In this document: piece after piece, positions 59,501-64,000 of the stretch | How the letters are laid out: each line of letters starts with the position of its first letter | Numbering within the stretch: the first letter of the stretch is position 1 | Assembly (NCBI GenBank): GCA_964035545.1 | Contig: OZ037769.1 | Coordinates: forward strand, 13,856,633-13,920,632 | From: Bugula neritina | Taxonomy: Eukaryota; Animalia; Bryozoa | Direction of reading: 5' to 3' | DNA: 64,000 nt | The notes under the pieces: model-generated | What the model was told of the DNA's origin: nothing | Databases searched by the model: none | Seen by the model: only the letters and a program-made list of their open reading frames with translations | Translations under genes and position numbers: made by a program

Positions 59501-62500
59501 TTCACAGTGTACTCTGTAGTCATACTGATACTGAGTATATTCACTGTGTACTCTGCAGTCATACTGATACTAAGTATATTCACTGTGTACTCTGTCTACA
59601 GGTGAGAAGCCGTTTGTCTGTGCCTTCTGTGAGAAAATGTTTGCCAGTAAAACCAACATGGACTCCCACATACAGAGTGTACATCTCAAGATCAAGCCTT
59701 TCAAGTGTGGATACTGCGAGAAGGTTAGTGACTCACTGAGACTCACTGAGTTGGGAACATCTAACTGTAGACTAGTGTGGGTACTGTGTATTGGAAGTCT
59801 ATTACTCTAGATGGTTATTGGAATAGTCATTCAGACTTTCTCTAACAGAAGTTATAAAGTATTATAAGGTTCTTCAGTATTTTTATATTATGCCTACATA
59901 GAATAACTTCTTATAATTACTAATCACTAATTAGTTTCAATTTCTGTTCACTCTTTTGACTCATGGTCACTCAAGCTTGTTGTAAGCCGGATTATTTTAT
60001 CCTATATTCAGATATAGTTTAAAACGTAAATCCTCTTTTAATTTGGTTTCAAAATTAATCATCACTTGGTGTTAGTATTAAATTTATATCTCTAGTACCA
60101 AACACATTGAGTTTTTTTCTGTTAGTAGAATGTCATAGTTTAGATATTTCAAACCCAAGCCTACAACTTGAAAGGTTTTCAGTAAAAAGGTTATTGGAAA
60201 TAGTGTTAGTCTAGAGGTGTTAATACCGTGTTTGTGTGGTCATCAGGGATTTGCTAGAAAGAAAATGATGTTGCTGCATATTAGAAAGAACCACATGGCC
60301 AAGGACGACAACTCCATTGGGCTGAGTAATCTCATTGACATTGATGACGTGACGCTGGACGACAACCTGGACAATGAAAGTAACGCCAGCATCGAGAGCG
60401 GCGAGATCCTCGGTGGTGGTGATTCAGGAATGGTGAGTGTAACTGTGTATGTTGTACCTACATTCTATACTTACTCTTTTATACTCTATACTTGCTCTTG
60501 CTATACTCTATGCTTACTCTTGCTATACTCTATGCTTACTCTTGCTATACTCTATGCTTACTCTTGCTATACTCTATACTTTCTCTCGCTATACTCCTGC
60601 TATACTCTATACTTACTCTTGCTATACTCTATGCTTACTCTTGCTATACTCTATGCTTTCTTTTGCTATACTCTATACTTACTCTTGCTATACTCTATGC
60701 TTACTCTTGCTATACTCTATGCTTACTCTTGCTATACTCTATACTTACTCTTGCTATACTCTATACTTACTCTTGCTATACTCTATACTTTCTCTTGATA
60801 TACTCTATGCTTACTCTTGCTATACTCTATACTTACTCTTGCTATACTCTATACTTACTCTTGCTATACTCTATGCTTACTCTTGCTATACTCTATGCTT
60901 ACTCTTGCTATACTCTATACTTACTCTTGATATACTCTATACTTACTCTTGCTATACTCTATACTTACTCTTGCTATACTCTATACTTTCTCTTGATATA
61001 CTCTATACTTACTCTTGCTATACTCTATACTTACTCTTGCTATACTCTATACTTACTCTTGCTATACTCTATGCTTACTCTTGCTATACTCTATACTTAC
61101 TCTTGCTATACTCTATGCTTACTCTTGCTATACTCTGCACTTTCTCTTGCTATACTCTATACTTACTCTTGCTATACTCTATACTTACTCTTGCTATACT
61201 CTATGCTTACTCTTGCTATACTCTATACTTACTCTTGATATACTCTATACTTACTCTTGCTATACTCTATGCTTACTCTTGCTATACTCTATACTTACTC
61301 TTGATATACTCTATACTTACTCTTGCTATACTCTATACTTACTCTTGCTATACTCTATGCTTACTCTTGCTATACTCTGCACTTTCTCTTGCTATACTCT
61401 ATACTTACTCTTGCTATACTCTGCACTTTCTCTTGCTATACTCTATACTTACTCTTGCTATACTCTATACTTACTCTTGCTATACTCTATGCTTACTCTT
61501 GCTATACTCTATACTTACTCTTGATATACTCTATACTTACTCTTGCTATACTCTATGCTTACTCTTGCTATACTCTATACTTACTCTTGCTATACTCTGC
61601 ACTTTCTCTTGATATACTCTATGCTTACTCTTGCTATACTCTATACTTACTCTTGATATACTCTATACTTACTCTTGCTATACTCTATACTTACTCTTGC
61701 TATACTCTATGCTTACTCTTGCTATACTCTGCACTTTCTCTTGCTATACTCTATACTTACTCTTGCTATACTCTGCACTTTCTCTTGCTATACTCTATAC
61801 TTACTCTTGCTATACTCTATACTTACTCTTGCTATACTCTATGCTTACTCTTGCTATACTCTATACTTACTCTTGATATACTCTATACTTACTCTTGCTA
61901 TACTCTATGCTTACTCTTGCTATACTCTATACTTACTCTTGCTATACTCTGCACTTTCTCTTGATATACTCTATGCTTACTCTTGCTATACTCTATACTT
62001 ACTCTTGCTATACTTTACTTTCCAGGTCCTTATCAAGATGAGAGATGATGATGTGGCGGAGAACGACGACGCTGTCAAGCAGTACATGTTTGTTGCTAAC
62101 GACGACCTGCCCTCAGATTTAGACAACACAATGGACACTACAGCCGTCGGGGACAGGACCACAGACAGCCTCGACCAGTCGGCTCTAGACACGAGTTCTC
62201 AGGCTACCCCTGCCACCACCACCACTAACCTCGCAGACGTTACCGCGGTTACTGCTGCTGTGACCGAACCTGCTGCTTCAGTGCCTCTTTCTTCAGGTAA
62301 GTTGCCAGTATACTTGTCTTCTCATAGCAATTCAAGTGTTTCATCACGCGTCTGGCGGCTGCTAACTGATTGTCACTTTCTACTTTGCAGTGAACAGCAC
62401 CAGTGTTGCCCTGTCTACTAGCACGCCTAAGCCATCGCAACCAGTTGTTATCAATGTTGGGGTAAGCTCTACTTCTATTGGTCAAACGTTGCTGAGATAA

Positions 62501-63958
62501 TTATTTCTGTACTGGTTTGAATGTAAAGTGAGTTCAGTATTTTGTAGTGCATGTAGTAGGTTATGTACTGTACCCTGTGGTCTGTTGTCACCAATTTACA
62601 TTGTCGTGCCTGTGGTTATTTTTCTATGCTGTTGCTATGGTGGCATACTGTTGCTATGGTGACACACTGTTTCTATAGTCACATGCTGTTGCTATGGTGA
62701 CATGTTCCCGGCATATTTACAGTCTGGTCAAGTGGTGCAGGCCCTGCAAACCACTCAGGGTATCATGTTGGTCACCCAATCAGCCACAATCACGGACAAT
62801 GTCAGCAACGCAGCTGCTACTATTCTCACAGACGTTGAGCCGGCTCCCATAGCCGCCATCTCTACCCAGGCCGCTGGCGACAGCGCCGATGTTATTGCCA
62901 AGGACCATGTGGCTGCTGAGGCTAGTGTACCTGCTGCTGAAGAGGCCACCCAGGTGTGTACTGCATTAGTTAGCTGCTGAGAGCTGCAGTCTCTTGCTGT
63001 GTGCTGGTGCATCCTTTACCAGAGCATGTTTAGTAGTGGGGGAAATGGTTGTATTGATGAGTTTTTTCAGTTTGTTTTTCATATTTGATCAGAATAAAAG
63101 AAAAAATCATTAAACCAAACAGATGACTATTGCAAGGCTCTATGGCACAATAGCACTGCAGATAGTCGAGGCGCACAAGCTACTTAGTTGTTGGTCCAGG
63201 GGGTGCAAGTGTATCCCCTAGTCTAGCAGGTAGATGTGTAGCAGGTTTATTTCCATAGTCACGGTACCTGCTGTATATATACCTACTTTCACACTCTATA
63301 TATATATATGTCTCTACCTACTTACTTACAGGCTGAGGTGATGACTGCTACAGTCACTCCTGACTTGGTTCAACAAGCTCTCAGTCAGACTGTACCAGAG
63401 GTCACTCAGGTCACTGCTGAGTCAGAGGCCGAGCTGGCAGCCACCACTGAAAAGGTAGGAGTAGAGTGTAACGGGGGGGGGGGACAATGTAGCCCGTCTT
63501 ACTGTTGGTTCAAAGCTACTGAGTTCTATGGCTATCTGTATAGTGTAGTCAATCTCTCCCAGTCTGTAGTAAATATTCTCAACTTTATATCTTAACATAG
63601 CCCCAGAGCAGTTGCACTCTGGTAACTTTCCTGCTATTTTTACTAAAGTCGTATTGAATGTGTTACAGTATTGATAGTATTCCACGTAGAGTGTTTAACA
63701 TATTGTGGATATATTAGAGAGTACTATAATTCTGTATTGAATGTATTATATTATAGTATATGGTATGTTAAGTATTGAATATATTATAGTATATAATGTA
63801 CTAGAGTATATATGTTGTAGTATATAATATACATGTATTGTGCTATAGTATTGCATATGTTACAGGAGACCATGGCCAAGGATACCGTCATAAACACCAC
63901 TTCTGAACTGACTGATAGTCTACCAGCCAGACTCTTGGCTACAGAAGAAGTTGACCAG
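56592..63958 (+). CDS. AT-hook and C2H2 zinc-finger transcription factor, multi-exon, 3' end beyond window
   Basis: Exons 56592-56682, 56843-56935, 57049-57232, 57551-57638, 57819-57935, 58285-58428, 58594-58731, 58941-59124, 59602-59723, 60247-60432, 62026-62296 and later Thr/Ala/Val-rich exons. Two GRPRK AT-hooks and ~7 C2H2 fingers with HSGEKP/HTGEKP linkers. Confidence 0.88.
57960..58262. repeat. Intronic minisatellite, 30-bp unit
   Basis: TAGTGTAGTGTGTAATACTGTATTATAATA and variants, ~9-10 copies. Confidence 0.92.
59345..59595. repeat. Intronic minisatellite, 39-bp unit
   Basis: TATTCACTGTGTACTCTGTAGTCATACTGATACTGAGTA, ~6.5 copies. Confidence 0.92.
60462..62015. repeat. Intronic minisatellite, 22-bp unit (~70 copies)
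   Basis: CTCTTGCTATACTCTATACTTA with recurrent variants. Confidence 0.96.
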
Positions 63959-64000
63959 GTAAATCTATTGAGATAGTATGGGGGGGGGGGCTTGTTTGTA

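Noticed and set aside
60449-62015. Long Leu/Tyr/Ser-rich ORFs
   Set aside because: Translations of a stop-free 22-bp minisatellite inside an intron.

Overview
AT-rich animal (probably invertebrate) genomic DNA; the species cannot be identified from sequence alone. The first ~41 kb is a dense cluster of Ty3/Gypsy LTR retrotransposons. Element A is on the minus strand, frameshifted and runs off the window start. A Gmr1-type element B is nested in A, has lost RT/RNase H, and carries a TA-flanked MITE in its 3' LTR. Next come a decayed pogo-like DNA transposon, an intact single-ORF element C with apparently identical LTRs, and a solo LTR. Element D is 12.8 kb with ~3 kb near-identical LTRs; it encodes only a Gag fused to a signal peptide plus an Env-like N-terminus and has no pol. 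Element E is related to A and carries an extra C2H2 zinc-finger ORF at the env position. A spliced MAP3K2/3-like kinase gene (41694-49568) follows. One of its introns holds a two-3'-ended mariner and Penelope elements with three mini-hammerhead ribozymes, and its last exon can be read in two frames via tandem donors. After a rearranged pile of LTR fragments bracketed by an inverted repeat (50.4-54.5 kb), a multi-exon AT-hook/C2H2 zinc-finger gene with intronic minisatellites runs off the window end. All calls are by eye, with no database searches; coordinates may be off by a few bases.
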